Assembly: GCA_964414675.1 (NCBI GenBank)
Contig: CAYPYF010000002.1
Span: 5,532-69,531, forward strand
Length of the DNA stretch: 64,000 bases
From: an uncultured Dehalococcoidaceae bacterium
GTDB lineage: Bacteria > Chloroflexota > Dehalococcoidia > UBA2979
Reading direction: 5' to 3'
Both the position numbers and the translations under genes were made by a program. Shown piece after piece: positions 9,071 through 16,933 of this stretch. Under the pieces are notes generated by a model. The model had not been told where the DNA came from and ran no database searches. It saw only the letters and a program-made list of their open reading frames with translations. How positions within the stretch are numbered: the stretch's first letter is position 1; every line of letters starts with the position of its first letter.

Positions 9071-9610
9071 ATGACGGCTGACATCCCCGGCTGGCGAGCG
9101 TTCCTCGGCCTCGACGAGGGCGAGCTCCTCGCGCAGTGCGAGGTCGACCGCTTCCGCGCGAGCGGTCCCGGGGGCCAGAAGCGGAACAAGACCGACTCCG
9201 CCGTCCGCCTGCGCCACCGGCCCACGGGCCTCGAGTCGATCGCCGTCGAGTCGCGCTCCCAGCACGAGAACCGCGCCTGCGCGCTGAAGCGGCTGCGCCT
9301 CACGATCGCCCTCGAGGCGCGCGAGCCGATCGCCGATGTCGCGACGTACGAACCGGGCGAGGCGATCACGGGCCGGATGCGCGGCCAGCGGATCGCCGTG
9401 TCGACAAAGAATCCGGCCTACCCGCAGGTCGTCGCGGAGGTCTTCGACGTGATCGCGGCATCGGAGTGGCGTCTCTCCGATGCCGCGCCGGTGCTGGGCC
9501 TCTCCACGGCCGCCCTCGGGCGGTTCCTGGAGGCCGACCCGGTCGTCTTTCGCGCTGCCAATGAGCGTCGCGCGGCCCTCGGACTCGGGCTCCTGCGTCC
9601 TGGACGGTAG
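9071..9610 (+). CDS. peptide chain release factor-like (GGQ/RF-1 domain) protein
   Basis: RASGPGGQKRNKTDSAVRLRH is the class-I RF GGQ domain. ATG at 9071 within ORF 9023..9610. Confidence 0.75.
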   Translation: MTADIPGWRAFLGLDEGELLAQCEVDRFRASGPGGQKRNKTDSAVRLRHRPTGLESIAVESRSQHENRACALKRLRLTIALEAREPIADVATYEPGEAITGRMRGQRIAVSTKNPAYPQVVAEVFDVIAASEWRLSDAAPVLGLSTAALGRFLEADPVVFRAANERRAALGLGLLRPGR

Positions 9611-9648
9611 GCCTGCGAGGGCGTGCCCAGGAGCGTCGGAGCATGGAC

Positions 9649-9678
9649 GTTTACGTACACGTGAACCGGGGGTATAAC
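9649..9678 (+). promoter_or_regulatory. sigma70-like promoter with overlapping imperfect palindrome upstream of MFS 9739
   Basis: TTTACG (9650-9655), 17 nt, TATAAC (9673-9678). The palindrome GTTTACGT-AC-ACGTGAAC (9649-9666) pairs at 7 of 9 positions. Confidence 0.4.
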
Positions 9679-9738
9679 GCGGGACATTGAGCCGCGCCGC
9701 CGCCGAGGGATGCGGAGCGGGTTCCCGAGGGGATCGCA

Positions 9739-11094
9739 ATGGCTGCCACGAGTGCCGCACCCGAGAGTCAGCCAGTCCCGATCGCGCCAAGTCCGCCCCC
9801 GTGGCCTGGCTTCTACTACGGCTACTGGATCCTCGGCGGGGCGTTCCTCTCCCAGCTCGTGAGTGTCGGCATGATGACCTCCGTCGTCGGGGCGTTCGTC
9901 ACGCCCATGACACAGGACCTCGGGTGGCAGACCTCGGAGTTCTTCGTCGCCACCGGCCTCAGCCGGGTGGTGACGGCGATCATGGGGTTCTTCGTCGGTA
10001 CCTACCTCGCGAGGTGGGGCGTCCGCCGCTTCCAGATCGCCGGAGGCCTGTGCCTCGCGGCGGGACTCTTCGCATCCGGGTCGGTGACGGAACTCTGGCA
10101 GTGGTGGATCGTCCGCGGCCTGTTGTTCACGGCCGGCGCCGCGATGGTCGGCAACCTCGTCGTCAACGTGACGATGTCGAAGTGGTGGGTCACCCGGCGC
10201 GGCCGGATGATCGGCTTCTCCGCGATGGGCGTCTCATTCGCCGGCGTGATCTTCCCGACGATCGGCGTGTTCCTCGTCGATACCTTCGGCTGGCAGACCG
10301 CGTGGCGTCTCCTGGGGCTCATCGCGCTCTGCACGGTGATCCCGATCGCGTTCATCATGCGCCGCCAGCCGGAGGACTACGGATGGCTTCCGGACGGACT
10401 CACCGGTGAGGACGATGGCGACGAGAACTCGCCGCAGGGCCTCCAGCGCGCGGCGGTGCGCGCCGACTTCGAGAACTCCTTCACCCGACGCGAGGCGATG
10501 CGCACGAAGGCGCTCTACCTGATCGTGCTGGGCTTCGGCATCGGCGGGGTGGGCATCCAGGTGGTGCTCGTCCAGATGCTGCCGTTCCTGGTGGACGAGT
10601 CCTTCTCGTCTGGCACAGCGGCGCTGCTCGTCGCGGTGATGTCTGCCTCCGCGCTGATCTGCAAGCCGTTCTGGGGCTGGACCACCGACCACTGGGCTCC
10701 GAACCGCGGCGCCGCCGCGGCGTTCGTCCTGGCGGGTACCGGCATGTCGCTCGTCGTGTTGTTCGCCCACGCCGGGCTCCTCCTCCCGCTGCTCGTCGCC
10801 TTCATGCTCCTCGGGTGGGGGTTCGGCGGGCAGATCCCGCTGCAGGAGACGATCTGGGCGTCCTACTTCGGCCGGCGCTACATCGGCGAGGTGCGGAGCA
10901 TGGCGATGCCGCTCGCGCTTGCGATCGGCGCGACGTCGCCGCTCATCGTGGCGTACTACCGCGATGCGGTCGGCAACTACGTCGGCGTGTTCTTCGGCGT
11001 CGCCGGGTGCTGGTTCGTGGGCGCGCTCATCGTCTCGCTCGTGAAGCAACCGCCGACGCCGGTGCGAGCCCCCACAACCCCCGCCACGGACTAG
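9739..11094 (+). CDS. MFS transporter (oxalate/formate antiporter-like subfamily)
   Basis: 12-TM pattern and FYYGYWILGGAFLSQ N-terminus. It is a paralog of 13046..14443. Confidence 0.85.
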   Translation: MAATSAAPESQPVPIAPSPPPWPGFYYGYWILGGAFLSQLVSVGMMTSVVGAFVTPMTQDLGWQTSEFFVATGLSRVVTAIMGFFVGTYLARWGVRRFQIAGGLCLAAGLFASGSVTELWQWWIVRGLLFTAGAAMVGNLVVNVTMSKWWVTRRGRMIGFSAMGVSFAGVIFPTIGVFLVDTFGWQTAWRLLGLIALCTVIPIAFIMRRQPEDYGWLPDGLTGEDDGDENSPQGLQRAAVRADFENSFTRREAMRTKALYLIVLGFGIGGVGIQVVLVQMLPFLVDESFSSGTAALLVAVMSASALICKPFWGWTTDHWAPNRGAAAAFVLAGTGMSLVVLFAHAGLLLPLLVAFMLLGWGFGGQIPLQETIWASYFGRRYIGEVRSMAMPLALAIGATSPLIVAYYRDAVGNYVGVFFGVAGCWFVGALIVSLVKQPPTPVRAPTTPATD

Positions 11095-11106
11095 CGCCGC
11101 GGCCGC

Positions 11107-11439
11107 CTACGCCTTCCGGATCGTGGCCGTCAGCCCGTGCGACTTGAGCCGGTCGCGGTAGAGCTCCGCCCGCTCGAGGGGGCACGAGATCACGTCCGCC
11201 TCCCCTCGGAGGTGCGCGGTCAGCATCACCTCCGCCGCCTGCTCGATGTCCAGCTCCGGCACCGAGACGAGCAGCGCGTGGACGACGTGGTCCATCGCGT
11301 TGTGGTCGTCGTTGTGCAGCACCACCCAGTACGGCGGGAGGGTCTCCTCGATCGTGCGGAGGTCAGCCTCGCGTACTGGAGCGTCCGAGGTCGCCCGCGA
11401 CGCCGCGGGCTGGTGGAGCGATGGGATGCGAGTATCCAC
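11107..11439 (-). CDS. clpS: ATP-dependent Clp protease adaptor ClpS (canonical pocket)
   Basis: YWVVLHNDDHNAMDHVVHALL...MLTAHLRGEA aligns to the E. coli ClpS NDD and His66 motifs. GTG start at 11437-11439 is inferred. The rest of ORF 11107..12099 overlaps the TSUP gene in another frame. Confidence 0.7.
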   Translation of the reverse strand: MDTRIPSLHQPAASRATSDAPVREADLRTIEETLPPYWVVLHNDDHNAMDHVVHALLVSVPELDIEQAAEVMLTAHLRGEADVISCPLERAELYRDRLKSHGLTATIRKA

Positions 11440-11495
11440 AGCGGCAGCGTACGGCGGACGACGGACAGGTTGTCTGCCCTCCGCTGACCCGTCCC

Positions 11496-12269
11496 CTACC
11501 GCACGAGGATCACGACGGCGACCACCACCGCGTAGGCGATCACCACGGCGCGCAGGTACTTCGGGCTCAGCTTCCTGGCGAGGCCGACGCCGTAGTAGCC
11601 GCCAGCGAGGGCCGCGACCGCCATTACGGCGGCCGGGGCCCACTCCACCGGCCCCCAGATCGCGAAGTAGACCACCGCGGCCGCGTTGATGATCGCGGAG
11701 AGCAACCCCTTCAGCGCATTCGACCGGTGGAGGTCGTCCGGGAGCAGGATGCCCAGCACCGCGAGGGTGAGGATCCCGAGTCCCGCCCCGAAGTAGGCGC
11801 CGTAGATCGCCAGGCCGAAGACGCCCAGGAGCACCTCGACGTTCGCGTCCGTGTCCTTGCGCTCCGGGCGATACCGCGCGACGAACGCCGCGAGGCGGGT
11901 CTGGAGCGCCATCAGCGCGGCGGCGAACAGGATGAGGAACGGGACGATCGCCTCGAAGGACGATTCCGGCGTGTAGAGCAGGATCGCGGAGCCGACCAGC
12001 GCGCCGAGGATGCTGGGGACCGTCAGCACCAGGACGCGGCGGCGCTGGCCGCTCAGCTGCGCCGCGTATCCGAACGACCCGCCGATGTACCCCGGCCACA
12101 GCGCGACCGTGTTGGTGATGTTGGCGACCTTCGCCGGGTAGCCGACCGCGACGAGGGCCGGGAACGACACCAGCGATCCGCCACCGGCGACGGCGTTGAT
12201 CGCGCCGGCGACTGCCGCGGCGACGGCCAGCAGGGCGTACTCAGCGAGGTCCACGATGCACCGACCCAT
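11496..12269 (-). CDS. TSUP (TauE/SafE) family anion permease
   Basis: AGAINAVAGGGSLVSFPALV motif and about 8 TM helices. ATG at 12267-12269. Confidence 0.8.
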   Translation of the reverse strand: MGRCIVDLAEYALLAVAAAVAGAINAVAGGGSLVSFPALVAVGYPAKVANITNTVALWPGYIGGSFGYAAQLSGQRRRVLVLTVPSILGALVGSAILLYTPESSFEAIVPFLILFAAALMALQTRLAAFVARYRPERKDTDANVEVLLGVFGLAIYGAYFGAGLGILTLAVLGILLPDDLHRSNALKGLLSAIINAAAVVYFAIWGPVEWAPAAVMAVAALAGGYYGVGLARKLSPKYLRAVVIAYAVVVAVVILVR

Positions 12270-12352
12270 CAGCGCGCACGTCGCGCCTGTCGCACGCGCG
12301 CCCGGCGACTCTACCAACCCCTCCGGCTAGTCGCCGTCCCGCCACCCGGGGC

Positions 12353-12727
12353 TCAGCCTGGTGCGGTGCCGGCGTCCTCGATGATCGCGGTCATCGCACC
12401 CTTCGAGGTCGGGATGCGGGGGTCGGCGCCGTAGGCGTGCACCTGCGACTGCTTCGCCTCGCAGTCCGGCCGGGACCCCGTCATCAGCGTCACGCGTCCC
12501 TGCGTGTCCACCAGCCGGGCCAGGGCGAAGGCCTTCTCCGTCCCGTACCCGAAGACCGCGCCGAGCATCTCGATGACGTACTCGTACGTGTGCTCGTTGT
12601 CGTCGATCAGGACCAGGCGGCTCAGGTGCTCCGGGACGACGTCTGTGCGCTCGATCGGCTCAGCCACGGGCGTGGTGCCGGGCGAGTTGGGGGAGGTCCT
12701 GGCGTGCGGGGGACGGGGATCGAACAT
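12353..12727 (-). CDS. ClpS-like adaptor, divergent substrate pocket
   Basis: RLVLIDDNEHTYEYVIEMLGAVFGY...LARLVDTQGRV aligns to the ClpS core, but with substitutions equivalent to N34D, D36N, M40Y and H66D. ATG at 12725-12727. Confidence 0.7.
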   Translation of the reverse strand: MFDPRPPHARTSPNSPGTTPVAEPIERTDVVPEHLSRLVLIDDNEHTYEYVIEMLGAVFGYGTEKAFALARLVDTQGRVTLMTGSRPDCEAKQSQVHAYGADPRIPTSKGAMTAIIEDAGTAPG

Positions 12728-12821
12728 TGCGCTGATCGTAGTGTGGTCGAGGCGCCTCGGTCGTCCGTTGATCCGGCGCCGGCGCTCGCACCTCGTCCGC
12801 GGCACCGGTAGGCTGAGGGCC

Positions 12822-12935
12822 ATGAACCTGCTCGAAGACCCCGGGAAGTTCTACTGGAAGTGGCTCGCCGTCGCGGCGGTCCTCCTGGTGGTCTACGCCA
12901 TCGAGCGCTCGATCCGGAACGGCAGCCTCTTCTAG
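12822..12935 (+). CDS. possible 37-aa single-TM peptide
   Basis: ATG at 12822. MNLLEDPGKFYWKWLAVAAVLLVVYAIERSIRNGSLF has one hydrophobic helix. No homology recognised. Confidence 0.25.
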   Translation: MNLLEDPGKFYWKWLAVAAVLLVVYAIERSIRNGSLF

Positions 12936-12978
12936 GCGCCCACGCTCTGCAGATATCCCTCCGTCCCTGCCTGATCCG

Positions 12979-13007
12979 TTGACATCGCGGCGCGTAGTGA
13001 GTATTAA
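12979..13007 (+). promoter_or_regulatory. near-consensus sigma70-like promoter upstream of MFS 13046
   Basis: TTGACA (12979-12984), 17 nt, TATTAA (13002-13007). The segment is AT-rich in a GC-rich context. Confidence 0.5.
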
Positions 13008-13045
13008 TTCGCAACTGACTCCTGTCCGTGATCGCGGAGGCATCC

Positions 13046-14443
13046 ATGGCCCGCACATCTGCGTCACCACTCGGTGGGCCTCGCGCACGGCCGAGGATCT
13101 ACTACGGCTGGTGGATCGTGCTCGGCGCAGTGGTCGGGCAGTTCGCGGCGATGGGGGTCGCGGGCCAGATCTCCGGCGTGTTCCTCCGCCCGATGACCGA
13201 CGACCTCGGGTGGGCGGCGGCGGACTACACGCTCGGCACGTCGGCCGCGTTTGTCGCCGGTGGCGTCGCCGGCTTTTTCGTCGGCCCGTTCGTCGACCGC
13301 TACGGCGCGCGCCCGCTGATGCTCATCGGCGGCGTCACGTACGGCCTCGCCCTCGCGGCGATCTCGAGGGTGGACGAGGTCTGGCAGTTCATCGCCCTCC
13401 AGTCCATTGCGGGTGGCCTCGGCTTCGCGATGGTCGGCCCGCTGGTCGTGAACGTGACGCTCTCGAAGTGGTTCGTGGTGCGTCGAGGCTGGGCGATCAC
13501 CATTGGCTCGATGGGCGTCTCGCTGGCCTCCCTGGTCATGCCGGTGCTCATGACTCGGGTCGTGGACGCCGAGGGCTGGCGGACGGGCTACCTCGTGATG
13601 GGCGTGATGGTGTGGCTGCTCGTCATCCCGGTCGCCCTCCTCATGCGGCGGATGCCGGAGGACTACGGCCTGCTGCCGGACGGCAAGCGCGAGGACGACG
13701 AGGTCACCGAGCGCGAACTCGCCCAGCGCGAGGCGACCCGGCGCGACTTCGCGAACTCCTACACCCGGCACGAGGCAGTGCGGACCCGCGCGCTCTGGAT
13801 GCTGGTGGTCGGGTTCGGCCTGAACATGGGCGCCGTCTCCGCCCTCCTGGTCCACGTCATCCCGTTCGCCACGGACGGAGGGTTCACACGCGCCGAGGCG
13901 GCATCGAGCTTCGCCGCCGTGGGTCTCGCGAACTTCTCGTCGAAGTTCGTGTGGGGCTTCGCCCTCCAGCGGTTCCCAATCCGTCACGTCGCGGCGTCGG
14001 CGTTCCTCGCGAGTGCGACCGGGGTGGCGATCCTGATCGCGGCTGTGGACGCGGGGGCGCTGCCGCTGCTGGCGGTCGGGTTCCTCGCCTGGGGGTTCGG
14101 GTTCGGCGGCACGATCCCCATCGGCGAGTTCGTCTGGGCGAGGTACTTCGGGCGTCGCTACCTGGGAGCGGTCCGGAGCGTGGGACAGCCCGTGACGATC
14201 CTCCTCGGGTCGCTGGGGCCGATCTCGATGGCGCTCTACTACGACGCGTCCGGCTCGTACGGCCCGGCGTTCGCCGGCCTCGCGCTCGCGTACGTCCTCG
14301 GCGGGTCGCTGATCTTCCTGTCACGGGAGCCCCAGCGGCCTGAGTCCCAGCGTCCTGAGCCACCCGTCCCGGTCGAGGTCGACCTGACGCCGACCTCGGC
14401 CCCGGCAGTCGCGGCGGAGGCTGCGCCGGCGGTGGGAGGGTAG
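13046..14443 (+). CDS. MFS transporter (oxalate/formate antiporter-like), paralog of 9739..11094
   Basis: GGAGG lies 5 nt before the ATG at 13046. The protein has IYYGWWIVLGAVVGQ and is colinear with the 9739 protein. Confidence 0.85.
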   Translation: MARTSASPLGGPRARPRIYYGWWIVLGAVVGQFAAMGVAGQISGVFLRPMTDDLGWAAADYTLGTSAAFVAGGVAGFFVGPFVDRYGARPLMLIGGVTYGLALAAISRVDEVWQFIALQSIAGGLGFAMVGPLVVNVTLSKWFVVRRGWAITIGSMGVSLASLVMPVLMTRVVDAEGWRTGYLVMGVMVWLLVIPVALLMRRMPEDYGLLPDGKREDDEVTERELAQREATRRDFANSYTRHEAVRTRALWMLVVGFGLNMGAVSALLVHVIPFATDGGFTRAEAASSFAAVGLANFSSKFVWGFALQRFPIRHVAASAFLASATGVAILIAAVDAGALPLLAVGFLAWGFGFGGTIPIGEFVWARYFGRRYLGAVRSVGQPVTILLGSLGPISMALYYDASGSYGPAFAGLALAYVLGGSLIFLSREPQRPESQRPEPPVPVEVDLTPTSAPAVAAEAAPAVGG

Positions 14444-14545
14444 ACGCGCCGTCCGGATTCGTTACGCTCCGCGCGCAGGCGTGAGCGCACGGGGATGCCA
14501 ACACGGCTCTGAATACCGACACGACTCTGAATGAAGGGGGATCAG

Positions 14546-15058
14546 ATGGCCGACCAGTTCCCAATCGAGGCAGGACACATCCTGCTCTTCGCCCGTTCCG
14601 TGGGCGACGCGAACCCGATCTATAGCGACGAGGAGTACGCGAAGGGCACCGAGCCGGGGCGGGTCATTGCGCCGCCCACCTTCGTGCAGGCCTCGGCACA
14701 GTTCACGGAGGACTACGGCCTGCGCCCGAAGATTGGGCAGCACTGGTTCGGGTCCGGCAAGGAGCCGCGTGGCTCGGGCGCCCCGAAACCGCCCGAGCAG
14801 CCGGGCGCGGGCGCGGGTGGCGGTGGAGGCGGTGGCCTCCACGCCGAGCAGCACTACGAGTACCACCGGCCGCTCACGCCCGGCATGGTGCTGCACTGGG
14901 AGCGCGAGCCGGGTGAGACCTGGGAGCGCGAGGGCCGGCGTGCGGGCAAGCTGATCTTCAGCGAGTCCATCACGAAGTACTACGACCAGGACGACAACCT
15001 CGTGATTACCGCGCGCTCCGTCGGTGTCCGCACCGAGCGCCCGGCGACGCAGGGCTAG
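14546..15058 (+). CDS. MaoC_dehydrat_N / HadA-like hotdog subunit
   Basis: MADQFPIEAGHILLFARSVGDANPIYSDEEYA. An SD (GAAGGGGGA) lies before the ATG at 14546. It is followed 10 nt later by a MaoC partner gene. Confidence 0.75.
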   Translation: MADQFPIEAGHILLFARSVGDANPIYSDEEYAKGTEPGRVIAPPTFVQASAQFTEDYGLRPKIGQHWFGSGKEPRGSGAPKPPEQPGAGAGGGGGGGLHAEQHYEYHRPLTPGMVLHWEREPGETWEREGRRAGKLIFSESITKYYDQDDNLVITARSVGVRTERPATQG

Positions 15059-15068
15059 GAGGACGACG

Positions 15069-15485
15069 ATGGCACTCAAGGCTGGCGACCTCTCGGTCGG
15101 ACAGGTCCACGAGGAGCAGGTCTGCTACGACCTCTCCCGCACCCAGATCGTCCAGTACGCCGGGTCCTCCGGCGACTACAACCCGCTCCACACGGACGAG
15201 ATCTTCGCGAAGGACGCCGGGTACCCGGGCGCCTTCGCGCACGGCATGCTCACGATGGGCCTGACCGGCAAGATGCTCACGAACTGGGTGGGCGATGGCC
15301 GACTCACGAAGTTCGGCGTCCGCTTCGTCTCGCAGGTCTTCCCCGGTGACACGCTCACCGCGAAGGCCACGGTGAAGGAGATCCGCGAGGAGGGCGGCCA
15401 GAAGCTCGTCGACCTCGAGGTCGAGACCGTGAAGGAGGACGGCACCGCCGTCGCCACCGGTCACGCCACGGCCCGCGTCGACTGA
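15069..15485 (+). CDS. MaoC family (R)-specific enoyl-CoA hydratase / HadB-like subunit
   Basis: YAGSSGDYNPLHTDEIFAKDAGYPGAFAHGML is the hydratase motif. Confidence 0.85.
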   Translation: MALKAGDLSVGQVHEEQVCYDLSRTQIVQYAGSSGDYNPLHTDEIFAKDAGYPGAFAHGMLTMGLTGKMLTNWVGDGRLTKFGVRFVSQVFPGDTLTAKATVKEIREEGGQKLVDLEVETVKEDGTAVATGHATARVD

Positions 15486-15572
15486 CCACCGTCCGAGGCA
15501 ACTGACGACGTGAAACGGCTCCGCAATTGCGGGGCCGTTTCCGTTGCCGTCCGCCTGTGCCACGCTCCATCC

Positions 15573-16715
15573 ATGCAGCGGCCCATGGAACCCTCCGGCG
15601 GACGCATCGAGGACCTCACGCTCACCGAGCGGCGCTGGCGCGACCTCGTGCCGCCCGAGGCGAGTGCGTCCGCGCGGGCGCTGTACGAGCGGACGCGGCT
15701 CTGGAGCAGCGGCAACCTCCCGGGCGTCGACGTCGCGTACGACCCGCGCCAGGAGCACCACTGGCACTATGCCGCGCTGATCGAGGACTTCGCGTCGCAG
15801 ATGCCGGCATCGAGGACGAAGGGCCGGGCGACCACCTCCGACCCCCTCTCCCCACACGGGGAGAGGGATGGGGTGAGGGCTCTGCCTCTCCTCCACAGGG
15901 TCCTTGATCTCGGCCCCGGCGACGGGTGGCCCTCGATCCCGCTCGCCGAGCGGCTGGACGGCGCGCTCGTCCTCGGCGTCGACCCCTCGCCGCGGCGGGT
16001 GGCGGTCTGCCGCGCGAATGCCTTCCGTCGCGGCGCACGCAACGCCTCGTTCGTCGCGGGGGACGGCGTGGCGCTGCCCGTCCGCAGCGGCTCGGTCGAC
16101 CTCGCGGTGGCGTCCCACTCACTCGAGGAGTGCGCCGAGCCGGAGGTCGCGATGCGCGAGCTCGCCCGCGTCCTTCGCCCGGAGGGCATCCTCCGCGTGC
16201 AGTCGCAGGTCTGGGCGCTCCCCGCCGAGGAGGTCGAGACGATGACCCTCACCGAGGGCGTGGACTGCCTGCTCTTCACCTACGCCCGCCGCAGCCAGGA
16301 GGCCGCGCGCGAGCGCCGCTACGTGATGGTGCTGCCCGCGACCGGCCCGGCGGTCGCGGCGCATCGCGAGGCGCTCATCGAGACGGCGGACGCGCCCCGC
16401 GTGTACGGCGAGACCGCCGTCGAGGGTCTGAGCGCCGTGGTGATCCTCGAGCGGCTCGCGCCGTACGCCCTCGCGTCCTCGTCCATGGAACTGCGCCGCT
16501 GGACGCCGGACTGGCTGGCCGAGGCGTTGATCGACGCAGGGTTCCGCGAGGCCACCGTGACCGCACATCCGGGCGACGCCGCACGCCTCGCCGGGCGCGG
16601 TGCGCTGCGCGTGAGCGAAGCGGCCGCGGTCGCCTCGTTCAGCGCCGTGACGGCCGACCTCGGACGCCGCGTCTCCCGCGAGGCGGGCGCGGCGATGGTG
16701 ACGGCGATCCGCTAG
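15573..16715 (+). CDS. class I SAM-dependent methyltransferase with extra N- and C-terminal regions
   Basis: Motif I is VLDLGPGDGW and the post-I region is VLGVDPS. Further in: DLAVASHSLEE...LRPEGIL. The gene contains repeat copy A in frame. Confidence 0.75.
   Translation: MQRPMEPSGGRIEDLTLTERRWRDLVPPEASASARALYERTRLWSSGNLPGVDVAYDPRQEHHWHYAALIEDFASQMPASRTKGRATTSDPLSPHGERDGVRALPLLHRVLDLGPGDGWPSIPLAERLDGALVLGVDPSPRRVAVCRANAFRRGARNASFVAGDGVALPVRSGSVDLAVASHSLEECAEPEVAMRELARVLRPEGILRVQSQVWALPAEEVETMTLTEGVDCLLFTYARRSQEAARERRYVMVLPATGPAVAAHREALIETADAPRVYGETAVEGLSAVVILERLAPYALASSSMELRRWTPDWLAEALIDAGFREATVTAHPGDAARLAGRGALRVSEAAAVASFSAVTADLGRRVSREAGAAMVTAIR
15837..15880 (+). repeat. dispersed hairpin+G-tract repeat, copy A (TCTCCCCACAC subtype), inside a CDS
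   Basis: TCCGACCCCCTCTCCCCACACGGGGAGAGGGATGGGGTGAGGGC. 10-bp stem CCCTCTCCCC/GGGGAGAGGG, loop ACAC. Confidence 0.85.
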
Positions 16716-16933
16716 CGATGAGCCCGACCTCCCAGGTCCTCGGTGGCCTGTTCGTCGCTGAAGTCCTTGGGCACCTCGCGATCGACCGAGGCAGGCGGAC
16801 GAAGCGCATCTGGGAATGCCGCGCCAGTGCGGTCTAGTACACGCCGCTGGACATGCACGCCTCGCCTCCTAACATGCCCATACCCGTCCATGGAATGACC
16901 CACCGCCGAGCGGGTACCGGGAGGAGCGTCCCC

